NCBI GenBank assembly: GCA_965205015.1
Contig: OZ242029.1
Span: forward strand, 2,240,001-2,304,000
Origin: Candidatus Poribacteria bacterium
GTDB lineage: Bacteria; Poribacteria; WGA-4E; WGA-3G
Direction of reading: 5' to 3'
DNA: 64,000 nucleotides
In this document: positions 29,658 through 39,837 of the stretch, piece by piece
How positions within the stretch are numbered: position 1 is the first letter of the stretch
Layout: every line of letters starts with the position of its first letter
The notes under the pieces: generated by a model
What the model was told of the DNA's origin: nothing
Seen by the model: the letters and a program-made list of their open reading frames with translations, nothing else
Database searches by the model: none
Program-made: the position numbers and the translations under genes

Positions 29658-30470
29658 TCACGAAAAGAATCGGAAGCGTAGGATGTGAAAAATTGCGGCG
29701 ACACCATCTTTCCAACTCACCGTCTTTCCTTCGTGATAGTCTCTGCCGCGGTAGGAGATAGGCACCTCAACGATTTTGCACTTTCGTCTGGCAAGTTTCG
29801 CCGTAATTTCAGGCTCAAAACCGAACCTATCGGAGTAAAGCGAAATCTCCCTTAGAATCGATGTCCGGATTACCTTATAGCAGGTCTCCATATCGGTAAG
29901 TCTTGTGCCGTTGACGATGTTCGCAAGGGTCGTCAGAAATTGATTTGCGAGGTAGCTTCGCAACAACCCGGTTTGTCTCCCCTCCATAAACCGAGAGCCG
30001 TAGACAACATCGGCTTCTCCAGTTAGGATAGGTTGCAACAATTTCGGATAATCTTTGGGATCATACTCCAAGTCAGCATCTTGGATGAGGGTAATTTCAC
30101 CCGTGATGTGCTGGAATCCCGTACGGAGTGTTGCTCCTTTTCCCTTATTCACCTCGTGGTAAAAGACTTTTGCGGAGATCTTGGAGGTATTTTCTGTAGA
30201 ACTTTTGGATTTCGGAACTTCGCTATCAGAAGCAGCGTTTTCGCGTGGAGGTGTCTGGGGTGTTGAGATATACTGGTGTATCCCGTCTGAATCCTCTTGA
30301 ATGGCTTCAATTTCCTTTAAAATATCGCGTGTGCCATCTGTTGAAAAATCATCAACGAGAATCAACTCTTTTTTCATACCGATTTCAACGCTGACGACCT
30401 GTTGCAGCAACTCCTTGAGGCTTGCAACCTCGTTATAAATCGGAATCACAATGGATAGCGTAGGCTCCAT
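29658..30470 (-). CDS. Glycosyltransferase family 2 (DPM1-like)
   Basis: SIVIPIYNE, DDFSTDGT, NKGKG, QDADLEYDP, TDMETCYK. Confidence 0.93.
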   Translation of the reverse strand: MEPTLSIVIPIYNEVASLKELLQQVVSVEIGMKKELILVDDFSTDGTRDILKEIEAIQEDSDGIHQYISTPQTPPRENAASDSEVPKSKSSTENTSKISAKVFYHEVNKGKGATLRTGFQHITGEITLIQDADLEYDPKDYPKLLQPILTGEADVVYGSRFMEGRQTGLLRSYLANQFLTTLANIVNGTRLTDMETCYKVIRTSILREISLYSDRFGFEPEITAKLARRKCKIVEVPISYRGRDYHEGKTVSWKDGVAAIFHILRFRFFS

Positions 30471-30619
30471 CTGGATGCCCCCAATGTTTTCCCTCTATAA
30501 ATATATCATCCCTACGGGACGAAAGAGGATTGGAAATCTGGTTACGGCACACGGTGTGTACCTCCTATTTTAGTATGATACCCAATCTTTCCTTTTTATG
30601 CAAGTCTAAAAATCGAATC

Positions 30620-32134
30620 CTATGCATACGATAGCCGCTCAACCCTTCTCTCCAAAGGCTCCATCGTCTCAAGAACACGACCCATAAGATACATCCGATC
30701 TGCAGCATAGACGGCATTTTCCCACTGATTGACCCGTTCATCCGGATCCTTCTCCAAATCATAGAGTTCACCGTAATCATGTCCACAATACCAAGTGAGT
30801 TTCCGTGTGTCGGTTACGATCGTTTTGAGTCGCAAGCCGCTTGGATCGTCTACACACTCAACCAACACCGAATCTCGGATGGATGCCGTCTCACCCGTAA
30901 GCATCGGTATCGCATCCACACCATCCGTATCCGATGGGATCGGCATACCGATTGTGGAGAGGACCGTCGGGACAATATCGACGTGGCTAAAAAGTGCTTG
31001 GGTACGCTGTCCAGCGGGAATCATTGCGGGAAATCGCAGCAACGTCGGCACGCGAACCAATTGCTCGTAATGGAAGGGTCCCTTCATCCAGAGACCGTGA
31101 TCACCGAGGAGTTCACCGTGATCCGTCGTGAAGATCACTAACGTGTTCTCCGCGAATCCATACGTATCCAAACACTCCAGAATCCGTCCCATCTGCTGAT
31201 CGATGATATTCACCATATTGTAGTAGTATGCCCTACCCAGTCGTGCGTCGACTTCGGAGACTTGGCGATAATCTGCACCGCCGCCCTGTCCAGCGATGGC
31301 AAACGTGCCACGGATCTCCGACTTTTCAAGTTGACCCTGTCGCGCCTCTAAAAAGTGGGGCGGCTTGTCGTCCAACTCACCTTCGACAAAGTCTGGCAGT
31401 GGGACTCGCGCGGGATCAACGCGCGCCTTGAATTCAGTTGGAACACAGTGCGGATGATGCGGATCTTGGAAGCCGACCGCCAATAGGAACGGCTGAGAGG
31501 TGTCTCGGTTCGATAGGAAATCTATTGTCCGATCCGCTGTCCAGACACTATTATGGTATTTCAGGGGTATATCCCAATCGTACGCTTCGCCACCGAAGCC
31601 CCTTTCACTCAGGCGTGTCGCTTTGCTGTAACTCGCGAACGTTTCCTCAGAAACGCACGAACGCACCCACTCACCGTAATGTCCCGCAACGCCATACGTC
31701 GCATGACCGAGTGCTAATTCCACTGTTTCAAATCCGTAGTAGGGACCCCGGAAATCCGGGTAGCGCGTCGTATCGCTGCGGGTTTCAACTGATTGTTCCG
31801 CAGATGCGCCAAAAGGTTGGAAGTGTGCTTTGCCGATATAATGTGTGCGATAACCGACTTCAGCAAGTCGGGGGGACAACAGGGTTTCGTCTTCGGGGAC
31901 ATTCATGCCAACATTCCACGCCCCGTGACGACTCACATATCGTCCCGAAAAAATTGAGGCGCGGGCGGGTGTACAGACTGGATTCGCACAATATGCCCGT
32001 TCAAAACAGACCCCTTCAGATGCGAACTTGTCCAGATGGGGGGTATCTGTAAACGTTGACCCGTAGCAGCTCAAACTATCTGTCCGCTGCTGATCGGTTG
32101 TGATAATCAGGATATTTGGTTGCTGTGCGCTCAT
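30620..32134 (-). CDS. Cys-type sulfatase
   Basis: PNILIITTDQQR, CTPARAS, GKAH, DPHHP, TDHGE. Confidence 0.93.
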   Translation of the reverse strand: MSAQQPNILIITTDQQRTDSLSCYGSTFTDTPHLDKFASEGVCFERAYCANPVCTPARASIFSGRYVSRHGAWNVGMNVPEDETLLSPRLAEVGYRTHYIGKAHFQPFGASAEQSVETRSDTTRYPDFRGPYYGFETVELALGHATYGVAGHYGEWVRSCVSEETFASYSKATRLSERGFGGEAYDWDIPLKYHNSVWTADRTIDFLSNRDTSQPFLLAVGFQDPHHPHCVPTEFKARVDPARVPLPDFVEGELDDKPPHFLEARQGQLEKSEIRGTFAIAGQGGGADYRQVSEVDARLGRAYYYNMVNIIDQQMGRILECLDTYGFAENTLVIFTTDHGELLGDHGLWMKGPFHYEQLVRVPTLLRFPAMIPAGQRTQALFSHVDIVPTVLSTIGMPIPSDTDGVDAIPMLTGETASIRDSVLVECVDDPSGLRLKTIVTDTRKLTWYCGHDYGELYDLEKDPDERVNQWENAVYAADRMYLMGRVLETMEPLERRVERLSYA

Positions 32135-32163
32135 AGATATTTCTTCTCTTGGCATTGACAGTT

Positions 32164-32763
32164 TTAGTGTGCTTGTATTGCTTTGAAGACAGAATTCATA
32201 GCCCCGAATAGCGTCGGCAAATTATCTATAGTAAAGTTAGTTCTATTTTGAATGAAGGTATCGCCAACAAGCTGACCAAATTCCCACAATTTTCCGTCGG
32301 TAACAATACCATACACCGGAAAATCGGAATCGTCATTTATTTTTTGTGCTGCCACCAATTCAGCCAGACATTGTCCCCAACCTTGTTCAAAGTCGTTCTT
32401 TTTCGCCTCAACTAACACTACCAGAGGTGTGCCGACAACCGTCATGCCTAATTCAGACCGTGTGGCAATAAGATAGTCTGGAGTGCCGCTCAAAGTCTCA
32501 TCATAGGTGATAGATTTCTTTACCCAAAGTCCGTAGTTTTCGGCGTAATCTTTATAAGCCTCTCTTACGATAGGAAATATAATGACTTCACACCTTGATC
32601 CCTCAGATCCGAAAACATCAATATACTGCCTACTAAACTCAAGTTCTTGTAAGAATTGTTCTGAGGGATTTTTAGCCGCAACGCCAAAAAAGTCATGAGA
32701 TGCGTATTTGATTCTGAATTTTTCTTGCACTTCAGAAATCGTCTTAAAATCGCTAAACGCCAT
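32164..32763 (-). CDS. Conserved hypothetical protein with PD-(D/E)xK-like (HsdR N-terminal-like) motifs
   Basis: GTPDY...VEAKK...GWGQCLAELVAAQ...YGIVTDG..WEF. Confidence 0.7.
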   Translation of the reverse strand: MAFSDFKTISEVQEKFRIKYASHDFFGVAAKNPSEQFLQELEFSRQYIDVFGSEGSRCEVIIFPIVREAYKDYAENYGLWVKKSITYDETLSGTPDYLIATRSELGMTVVGTPLVVLVEAKKNDFEQGWGQCLAELVAAQKINDDSDFPVYGIVTDGKLWEFGQLVGDTFIQNRTNFTIDNLPTLFGAMNSVFKAIQAH

Positions 32764-32822
32764 GAGGACTACCTCCCACAATTCAATGCCAATTTTAAAC
32801 TCGTTTGAAAACGAATTATAGA

Positions 32823-33644
32823 TTATGTGCAAAATGGTTTTAAATAGGTATAACTCTGCTCCGCTGCGTCTTCAGGTTCCATAATCTCTCGGAACGCTTG
32901 ATGCACCGTCACATAGCCATCGTAATCGATCGCCTCCAATCCGCGAAACACCAGTGGATAATCGATGCCACCTTCGTCTTGCAACCTAATGGGATCGTGC
33001 GGGACTACACCTTGAATCCACGTCAAAAGGTGTGTCTTTCCTTCTGGGCGGCGGATGTGATTCTGAAGGTAGACGTTGAAAAGATACGGTGAAAAGCGTT
33101 TGAGTGTCTCAACGCCGTAATCCTGAGCACATAGGTCGAGGTTGGCAGGTTCATAGATAATTCCGAAATTTTTTCTACCGACCCGCTTCAACACATCAAC
33201 CGAACCCTCCACTGTTTCAAACAGACTCTGTGTATGCGATTGATGTGCCAGACGGATACCGCGCTCAGCGGCTTCATCGGAGGCACGTTGTGCCCACGGA
33301 ATGTCTGCCTCGACCTTCATCGCGATGCGGATGAGATCCGCGCCAAGGAGTTCCGTTAAATCCAGGTAAGGGGTTATGTTGCGGAGTCCATCTGGTCCCT
33401 GTTCGTTGTTGAGGGGAACGGGAAAATCACCTGTGATCATTGAGACCTTCAGGTTAAGCGATTCCGCCTGTTTACGCGCGGCGGTGATTTGCTCCAAAGG
33501 CGAATGGATACCGACTTGGGAGGCACGCATACAGACGGCTTCGTAGCCGAGTCCTGCCGCCAGTTCAGTCAGTTGTTTGAAGTTATGCGTGGCATCTCTT
33601 TTCGATGCCGTTTCTGCGACGCGTACCGAAAGTGAGAGTTTCAT
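32823..33644 (-). CDS. Sugar phosphate isomerase/epimerase (xylose isomerase-like TIM barrel)
   Basis: LGYEAV, G.IDY..VF..L..IDYDGYVTV. Confidence 0.8.
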   Translation of the reverse strand: MKLSLSVRVAETASKRDATHNFKQLTELAAGLGYEAVCMRASQVGIHSPLEQITAARKQAESLNLKVSMITGDFPVPLNNEQGPDGLRNITPYLDLTELLGADLIRIAMKVEADIPWAQRASDEAAERGIRLAHQSHTQSLFETVEGSVDVLKRVGRKNFGIIYEPANLDLCAQDYGVETLKRFSPYLFNVYLQNHIRRPEGKTHLLTWIQGVVPHDPIRLQDEGGIDYPLVFRGLEAIDYDGYVTVHQAFREIMEPEDAAEQSYTYLKPFCT

Positions 33645-33786
33645 ATTTTAATTTTACCTTGCGGAGAAATCACGGGCGTTAGAACGATCGGGGGCGTTCC
33701 TCAAATCCGCTCTCCATTACATTACGAGCTACGGGTTATGATGCTATCTTAGGAGGTAAACTGCGTTAGACGAAAACCTCTGAAAA

Positions 33787-34638
33787 CTATAACAACAAAA
33801 TATCGGCGATTGAAAGTGCCATCAGGACCAGGCTAATCATACCATTCAGCGTGAAAAAAGCGAGATTGACACGGGACAGATCCGTCGGTTTAACAATGGC
33901 ATGCTCATAGATGAAGATTAGCACAACAATCCCAACACCGATATAATAGAAAAGTCCTAATTCAACGAGAAGCGGAAGTCCGAGAAGTAGCAATACTGCG
34001 ATGACGTGTAAGGTAGACGAGAGCCATAACGACCCCCGGATCCCGATTTTCGCCGGAATCGAGTGCAGTCCATGCTTTCTGTCAAAATTAACATCTTGGC
34101 ACGCATAGATAATGTCAAATCCGGCTGTCCAGAGTAGCACCACAAGGCAGAGGATGATCGGTGGCAAGGCAAAAGCACCCTGAATCGCAATCCACGCGCC
34201 GACAGGTGAAATGGAGAGGGAAAGTCCGAGCCAGAAATGCGAGAGCGCAGTGAAACGCTTCGTATAGGAGTACCCCATAACGACAGCAAGTGCCACCGGC
34301 GACAGTGCAAAAGCGAGCGGATTCAATCGCCACGCCGCGAAAACCAGGAGTCCAGCCGAAGCGATCGTGAAACCCCACACAGCACCTTTCGTAATCAAGC
34401 CTGCAGGGATCGCACGCGTAGCGGTGCGTGGGTTCTTCGCATCAAACTCTGCATCGGCGAGTCGGTTGAACGCCATCGCGCAGCTGCGCGCCCCTACCAT
34501 CGCCACGAGGATCCAGCCAAACTTCGCCAGCGAAGGGAATCCATCTGCAGCAATGAAGGCACTCATGACGGCAAACGGGAGCGCGAAGATCGTGTGTTCA
34601 AATTTGATCATCTCCAAGATAATCTTAAGTTTCCGCAT
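33787..34638 (-). CDS. ubiA: UbiA-family prenyltransferase (MqnP/4-HB polyprenyltransferase-like)
   Basis: KFEHTIFALPF, NRLADAEFDAKNPRT..R.IP.G, YSYTKRFT, GFDIIYACQD..FD. Confidence 0.9.
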   Translation of the reverse strand: MRKLKIILEMIKFEHTIFALPFAVMSAFIAADGFPSLAKFGWILVAMVGARSCAMAFNRLADAEFDAKNPRTATRAIPAGLITKGAVWGFTIASAGLLVFAAWRLNPLAFALSPVALAVVMGYSYTKRFTALSHFWLGLSLSISPVGAWIAIQGAFALPPIILCLVVLLWTAGFDIIYACQDVNFDRKHGLHSIPAKIGIRGSLWLSSTLHVIAVLLLLGLPLLVELGLFYYIGVGIVVLIFIYEHAIVKPTDLSRVNLAFFTLNGMISLVLMALSIADILLL

Positions 34639-34728
34639 TCTTTAATTATTCCTTGCGGAGGGACAACCGGCATTTAAACTATTGCAGGACGATACCCTCT
34701 TAGCCGACTGCTGATTGCTGATGGCTAT

Positions 34729-35982
34729 CTAAAACGGTAACAAATTGCCTGCTGCGTCAAACGCAAGCGGTTTCGTTTCGCCGATAACCTCTAACCTCGA
34801 ATGCAGCTTCGCATCTTCGAGCAGTACCTCAGAGATGTCGAGTTCCGTTAATCTCAACGTACTCTCAATACGGATCACCCGTGCGTCCTCCGGTTCGGTG
34901 AGACCGATGGTGTCGAGTGCCACTTCAATCGCTTCTTGGTCGGTGTCGTAGTAGAACGGAATTTTCGATTTCTGTGGTCCAAGCGCAGTGATACCATTCA
35001 TATAGGTAGAGTGCCGATCGATCTGGTCCACGAGGCGGGTCGTTGTGAAGTCGGCGAGTCCGATGCCCGTCGCGTTTCCGTCACTCTCTTCCGTGAGGTT
35101 TCGGACGAATATACGGAGAATCGCGGGTTTTGCGGGTTCCGGCTCAAAGTTCTGCATCATCCTGCCGATGACGTTCGTATCCATACCGGTACCACTGATG
35201 TTTTTGCCTGTCCAATCCACGATAAGCAGATCGAGTTCATCAAAGGGCAGTCGTCCCATCAGCGATTTCGCTTCGACGAGGAGTTCACGTTCGGTTTGAA
35301 GGAGTTGTGCAGCGGGCATAGCGACCGCTTTCGCGGTATCTTCGTGCGCGTTCTCAATCAGCCCAATCCCGAAAGCGATTTTTCCGCTATCGAGGATGAA
35401 GCCCCCCACAGCCGTAATAACGTGCTCGAACCCGTACTGGAAGAATGCGCGATGGTAGAAGTTCGCACCCTCCTGTTTGCCGAGTCCGATAACCATCATC
35501 TTCATCACGCCGCTCTCGATGGACCCGTTAAAATCCGTGTGCGCCTTAATGCGATTGAGTGGGACAACGTGATCTGCTTCAGCGGCATACCGATCGAAAA
35601 AAACGGGCAAGCCATCCGCCGTCTTTCCGAGTTCCACGACCTCCATTGTCGCCTTCACGGGTGCGCCGACAGTCTCTTCAGTGATACCGTAATGCTCCAG
35701 TACACTCCGCTGTCCTTCGGGCGTTGCCCCACCGTGGCTTCCCATTGCTGGAACGACAAAGGGGTGCGCACCGAGTGTTTTGAGATAATCAGCAGTCGCC
35801 TTGACCGCGGTTGCGACATTCGCAACACCTCGACTCCCTGCGGTAATGGCGACAGTCTCGCCGGGTTTGATAATCGCGGCGGCGTTAATCCGCGCCAGTT
35901 CTGCGTGAATCGCGGCGGGGAGATCGGCGAGAACGGGTGCCTCAAACCGCTGCTGAATCCGTGTCATTTTTGGAAGTGCCAT
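34729..35982 (-). CDS. LarA N-terminal-like (DUF2088/DUF362) protein
   Basis: AITAGSRG, PAMGSHGGAT, NRIKAHTDF, GKNISGTGMDTNVIGR. Confidence 0.8.
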   Translation of the reverse strand: MALPKMTRIQQRFEAPVLADLPAAIHAELARINAAAIIKPGETVAITAGSRGVANVATAVKATADYLKTLGAHPFVVPAMGSHGGATPEGQRSVLEHYGITEETVGAPVKATMEVVELGKTADGLPVFFDRYAAEADHVVPLNRIKAHTDFNGSIESGVMKMMVIGLGKQEGANFYHRAFFQYGFEHVITAVGGFILDSGKIAFGIGLIENAHEDTAKAVAMPAAQLLQTERELLVEAKSLMGRLPFDELDLLIVDWTGKNISGTGMDTNVIGRMMQNFEPEPAKPAILRIFVRNLTEESDGNATGIGLADFTTTRLVDQIDRHSTYMNGITALGPQKSKIPFYYDTDQEAIEVALDTIGLTEPEDARVIRIESTLRLTELDISEVLLEDAKLHSRLEVIGETKPLAFDAAGNLLPF

Positions 35983-36118
35983 GCGTTTCCGTCCTTTATG
36001 TTTTCACCTGTCGGTGGACTTTATCGGGAATTCTATCAGAAACGGGGTAGGAATGCAAGGGAAATATGGTGTGGCAATCAGCGGTCAGCAGTCGGCGGTC
36101 GGTAGTTAGTCGCACAAG

Positions 36119-36208
36119 GTAGGTGCGGTTTGATGAAGTTTCAATAAATAACCCGATAATTTGATATTTCCCCCAGGCCCGGTAGGTACGGTTTCCTAAC
36201 CGCACCGG
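36119..36208 (+). repeat. Dispersed repeat related to the 41581-41731 element
   Basis: GGTAGGTGCGGTTTGATGAAG matches the reverse complement of 41711-41731 with one mismatch. Confidence 0.65.
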
Positions 36209-36344
36209 ACTTGCACTGGTAGCATTTAACGGGAGATAATTCGTCTGAATCGCGGATTATACGGATTGCGCGGATTGTAAGAGGGATTTGTGTATTGCCG
36301 AATCTGAGCCCCAGCGGGGCGACATCCGAAATAAGCTCCGTTTT

Positions 36345-36623
36345 TTAAAGTGATCTCAAACGATCCTGTCTCTCCTCCCAATCCGGAAGATACGCAGACA
36401 TAAAACTCTTGAACAATTTGCCGTGATTCGGAACAAGGAGATGCACCAATTCATGGACAATTACGTATTCCGTCAATGCCTCCGGCAGATTGAGCAAATC
36501 CGTGTTAAGTGTCAATCGTCCCTTCATTGAGATAGATGCCCATTTCTGCTGCATCTGACGGAGATGAATCTCTTGCACCTTCACACCGATACGGTCTGCC
36601 CACTGCTCTACTGTCCCTTTCAA
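36345..36623 (-). CDS. M48/YgjP (DUF45) metallopeptidase, short or truncated, type I R-M associated
   Basis: KWAS, EYVIVHELVHL..PNHG..F. Confidence 0.8.
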   Translation of the reverse strand: MKGTVEQWADRIGVKVQEIHLRQMQQKWASISMKGRLTLNTDLLNLPEALTEYVIVHELVHLLVPNHGKLFKSFMSAYLPDWEERQDRLRSL

Positions 36624-37286
36624 ATCCTCTCTACAATTGCTTCTGCGCGTTCACCAATGGAGATCAGGAAGGGTTTCGAGCTGCTTTCGCCCGTTACTGT
36701 CCGATACAATGCCTTTCTTAAATTCTGCACCTTGGCGGTATCGGAGGCATCGCTTTCGTTTATTCTCTGCAGGGTGGCTTCGTTCAATTCATAGATAGCA
36801 TCTGGTAACTCAAATAGATTACTGTCGGTATGTTCCTGCAGCAGTGCTCGTGTTCGGTGTGCTTCGTCAATCAGCACTGCCACGCTTTCACGAGTATTGA
36901 GCTTCGCCGGTCTCTTATCGCCATTCATCGGTGACGTGAAACAGGTTATTGTCGGGATTTCCAAAGTCGATTAGGGTAACGTTACGATTGCGATTTTCAC
37001 TTGCAACAAAAGTTGGTTTTTCACCGCACATCCAGGAAAGTGCTTCCTGATTTCCTTCAAGTGTTGCCCTAAGTAAACCGAGTGATCGCATAACGTCCGC
37101 GCAATTGGCATCGTCTACGACACCCTTGTTGAGTTTCAAGAGTTGCGCTTTCAGCACGTCGGTAAGGTAACGCTCGGTGGCATTACCGCCACGCATGCGC
37201 ATGGCTTCTGCTGGTGAAATCGACTGCCAACCGATTTCATCGGCGTATTTGAGGAGTGGGTCTTGGACTGCGGAACGTTCAGACAT
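36620..37286 (-). pseudogene. hsdR: Type I restriction enzyme HsdR remnant (N-terminus, DEAH fragment and C-terminal fragment)
   Basis: MSERSAVQDPLLKYADEIGW...LIDFGNPDNNLFHVTDEW, then in another frame VLIDEAHRT; only about 0.67 kb of a roughly 3 kb gene. Confidence 0.8.
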
Positions 37287-37308
37287 GACTGTATGGTGTG
37301 GTGATCCG

Positions 37309-37849
37309 TTAATCAGGGAATGTGACGCGTGTGTAGATATCCTGTAGCGGCAATTTGCAGTCAATGGAGCTCAGTAGCAGAACATCTTCAGATGCGTGGA
37401 ACGCTTTCTGTACCCACTGTGTCTCCGTAAGACGGTAATGCTCAACGTGAATCCTGTCTTGTGAAACGAGGAGATATTCTCGCAAGGCGTTGAGCTCTTG
37501 ATAGTGGGCAAATTTCTCGCCTCTGTCAAAAGCTTCGGTAGACGGTGAAAGCACCTCTACGATAAGGATAGGGTTGAGGAGCGTATTGAAGACGTTGTCT
37601 TCAAATTGGGGGGGCACAGAAAACAACAACGTCTGGATAAAAGTAGGAGCCTTTCGGGCCCGTTCGCACGCGCATATCGTTGGTAACGAATTCTTCCGAG
37701 AATAGTTTAGCGATTGGAATCAATTCCATGGGGATAAAAGGGATTTCATCATATTCTGAGTATCTTAAGTCTTTCGGTTTCTTTGTAAACACAGTAATGT
37801 CGCCAAAACGCGCTACTCTCCAATGATCTGGGAAATCCATATTATTCAT
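37309..37849 (-). pseudogene. HsdS N-terminal fragment fused to a frameshifted Uma2-family endonuclease fragment
   Basis: FPDHWRVARFGDI...IPFIPME (HsdS start) joined to DMRV...YPDVVV; frameshift in the G7 run 37608-37614; then P.LIVEVLSPST..DRGEKF..Y. Confidence 0.75.
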
Positions 37850-37946
37850 GGCATCATTTTCACCGGTTCAACCTATGCGGTGCCAGTTTTTCGCGAATGA
37901 AGCAGATTGAGCGGGGTCAGGCCGCATCATTAACTTAAGTTCGTTA

Positions 37947-38303
37947 TTAAAATGGGATATAAATAATTTGGTCAATATATTCCTCTTCGTCAGAGGCACC
38001 AACGATGAGAAGCAACTGGTCAATAATTTTACCCATTGGCACTTCGAGATTAATCGTAAAAATGCCGGGAACATGGTGTCCCGCTGATAGATGGTCGGAG
38101 AGATGTTCAGGCATACTTTGCCGATTGTTTGTTATCAAGTTAAATTGGTTCTGTTCACACCACTCTAAGATTTCTGGGTCCGGAGTACCTCTCGCTGGGA
38201 CATCTTCATCACCAATTACCAAGACCGTTAGTGAGGGTTCATGCCTCAGCAATTGCGTACGGTATCTCGGAGAAATATTTTCGTCTATCAGAAACCGACG
38301 CAT
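37947..38303 (-). CDS. DUF5615 PIN-like toxin
   Basis: RFLIDENI, G.PDPEIL.W, LIT.N, HVPGI. Confidence 0.85.
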   Translation of the reverse strand: MRRFLIDENISPRYRTQLLRHEPSLTVLVIGDEDVPARGTPDPEILEWCEQNQFNLITNNRQSMPEHLSDHLSAGHHVPGIFTINLEVPMGKIIDQLLLIVGASDEEEYIDQIIYIPF

Positions 38304-38305
38304 CT

Positions 38306-39739
38306 TTATCCCTGTTCATTTTTGGATGGAGATTGTGTTGTGCCGGCTGATCCGTTTTTTGGAATGTGGGGATGTGAAGTATCAGAATTGGCTTCCCTTT
38401 CTGCTATAAGTTTACGCAAGCGAATAACAGCGGGTGACGGATTTTTCGTCTGTTCTTCTCGTGCCTTTCGGCAGTATTCCAGATAATCCTCAAAATATGC
38501 ACCAACTTTTTCTTGATTTTGAAGATAATATAGGATCGTGGCGTAAACCTGTTCCAGTGTGGGTGTATAGTAGTGATCAGCGATGACTACTGGCATTTTG
38601 CTATTGTAAATATATTCGTATAGGATCGTCTCGATACCTACACGTGTTCCTTTAAGACGAATATCATTTTCTGCCAAAAACATAAAGTTATCTTCAAGAG
38701 GATAGATTTGTTTGAATTCATTGATTCGTCTGCGAATACTGTTTTCGACGGGCAAAAAAAGTGTATGCTTATTTTGGATTAGATTTTCAAGTCGGTTTAA
38801 TACTGTGTGGGCATTCCGTCCATAAGTAAGTCCAGTTAGCAAACCCAACGTCAAGAATTCTTTTTCTCTGAAAGAAATTGATTCATCCCAAAGCGTAAAG
38901 AGAAAATCAACGCACACGTCTAAGGCATAATTTAAATGCATTCGGTCTCTGCCTAAGGCAAGCACAAAACTGTTGTAAGGTTCAGAGATTTTCCAATTTG
39001 CCCGTTTTGCCATTTCCAATAGTAGGTCTGAATCAAAATCACCAATACGACACCTAATCCCTAATTCAGAGTCCCCTATGAGGGACCCCCATGTATCTAA
39101 ACTATTACTATCCGTTTTTTGCTTAAGCTCCTGATGATCATTTTTAATTTTTTCGGTGTCATCTTTGATGGCTTGGATATCTTGGCTTATACGTTCACTC
39201 ACTTCTATCTGTACCTGTTCGATTTCATTCAAAAAATCCGATAGCATGGAACGTGTGTACGCTTGCTCAGTCGTGGCATTTTGAATAAATTCAAGTACAA
39301 TTTGATTAAAGGCTTCCTGTTTGAATGGCAGTTGTGCATAGAAATCAATAATCACTCTCTCAATAATGGGACGAATTCTTCGTTCAAAATCCATAGTGGG
39401 CAATTGATGGTTGGGAACAATAATACAATTGCGAAAAAGCGTTGTGATTTTTGCGATTTTTTCACTTCCATTTAGTTGTGTGAATTGGACTTCGTCAGCA
39501 TCTTTAAGTGAAGCAATAACGTTGTCAAATGTATGGGGATCCACTTCAACCGTTTTTGGATCAGTAAGATCAGCAAAGTCAGACGCGTGTTGCTTAACTA
39601 CCTTAACAAAAGACTCTTTGAAAAGTTCCTCTGCTGTAGTTTTGCAAAAATGTTTGAGGGCGTGGTTAATACCACCAGTAATAGAAAATCCAGTGCCTAC
39701 AATGTTATATGCTGTGAAGACTAAACCGAGTATTGTCAT
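38306..39739 (-). CDS. Hypothetical AT-rich N-terminal region fused to a C-terminal DUF433 antitoxin domain
   Basis: C-terminal LEDNFMFL..DIRLKGTRVGIETIL...TLEQVYATILYY; 2 nt upstream of the PIN gene. Confidence 0.75.
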   Translation of the reverse strand: MTILGLVFTAYNIVGTGFSITGGINHALKHFCKTTAEELFKESFVKVVKQHASDFADLTDPKTVEVDPHTFDNVIASLKDADEVQFTQLNGSEKIAKITTLFRNCIIVPNHQLPTMDFERRIRPIIERVIIDFYAQLPFKQEAFNQIVLEFIQNATTEQAYTRSMLSDFLNEIEQVQIEVSERISQDIQAIKDDTEKIKNDHQELKQKTDSNSLDTWGSLIGDSELGIRCRIGDFDSDLLLEMAKRANWKISEPYNSFVLALGRDRMHLNYALDVCVDFLFTLWDESISFREKEFLTLGLLTGLTYGRNAHTVLNRLENLIQNKHTLFLPVENSIRRRINEFKQIYPLEDNFMFLAENDIRLKGTRVGIETILYEYIYNSKMPVVIADHYYTPTLEQVYATILYYLQNQEKVGAYFEDYLEYCRKAREEQTKNPSPAVIRLRKLIAEREANSDTSHPHIPKNGSAGTTQSPSKNEQG

Positions 39740-39837
39740 GGATTTTCATCTCCTATCAGGCATTTGTTTTTTGATAAGTTCCTATTATCATTATAGCATA
39801 TTTATGCTGTTAATTCAAGATTTAGGAAACCGCCCTT

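Noticed and set aside
34936-36105. 389-aa plus-strand ORF
   Set aside because: Antisense shadow of the LarA-like gene with no recognisable motifs
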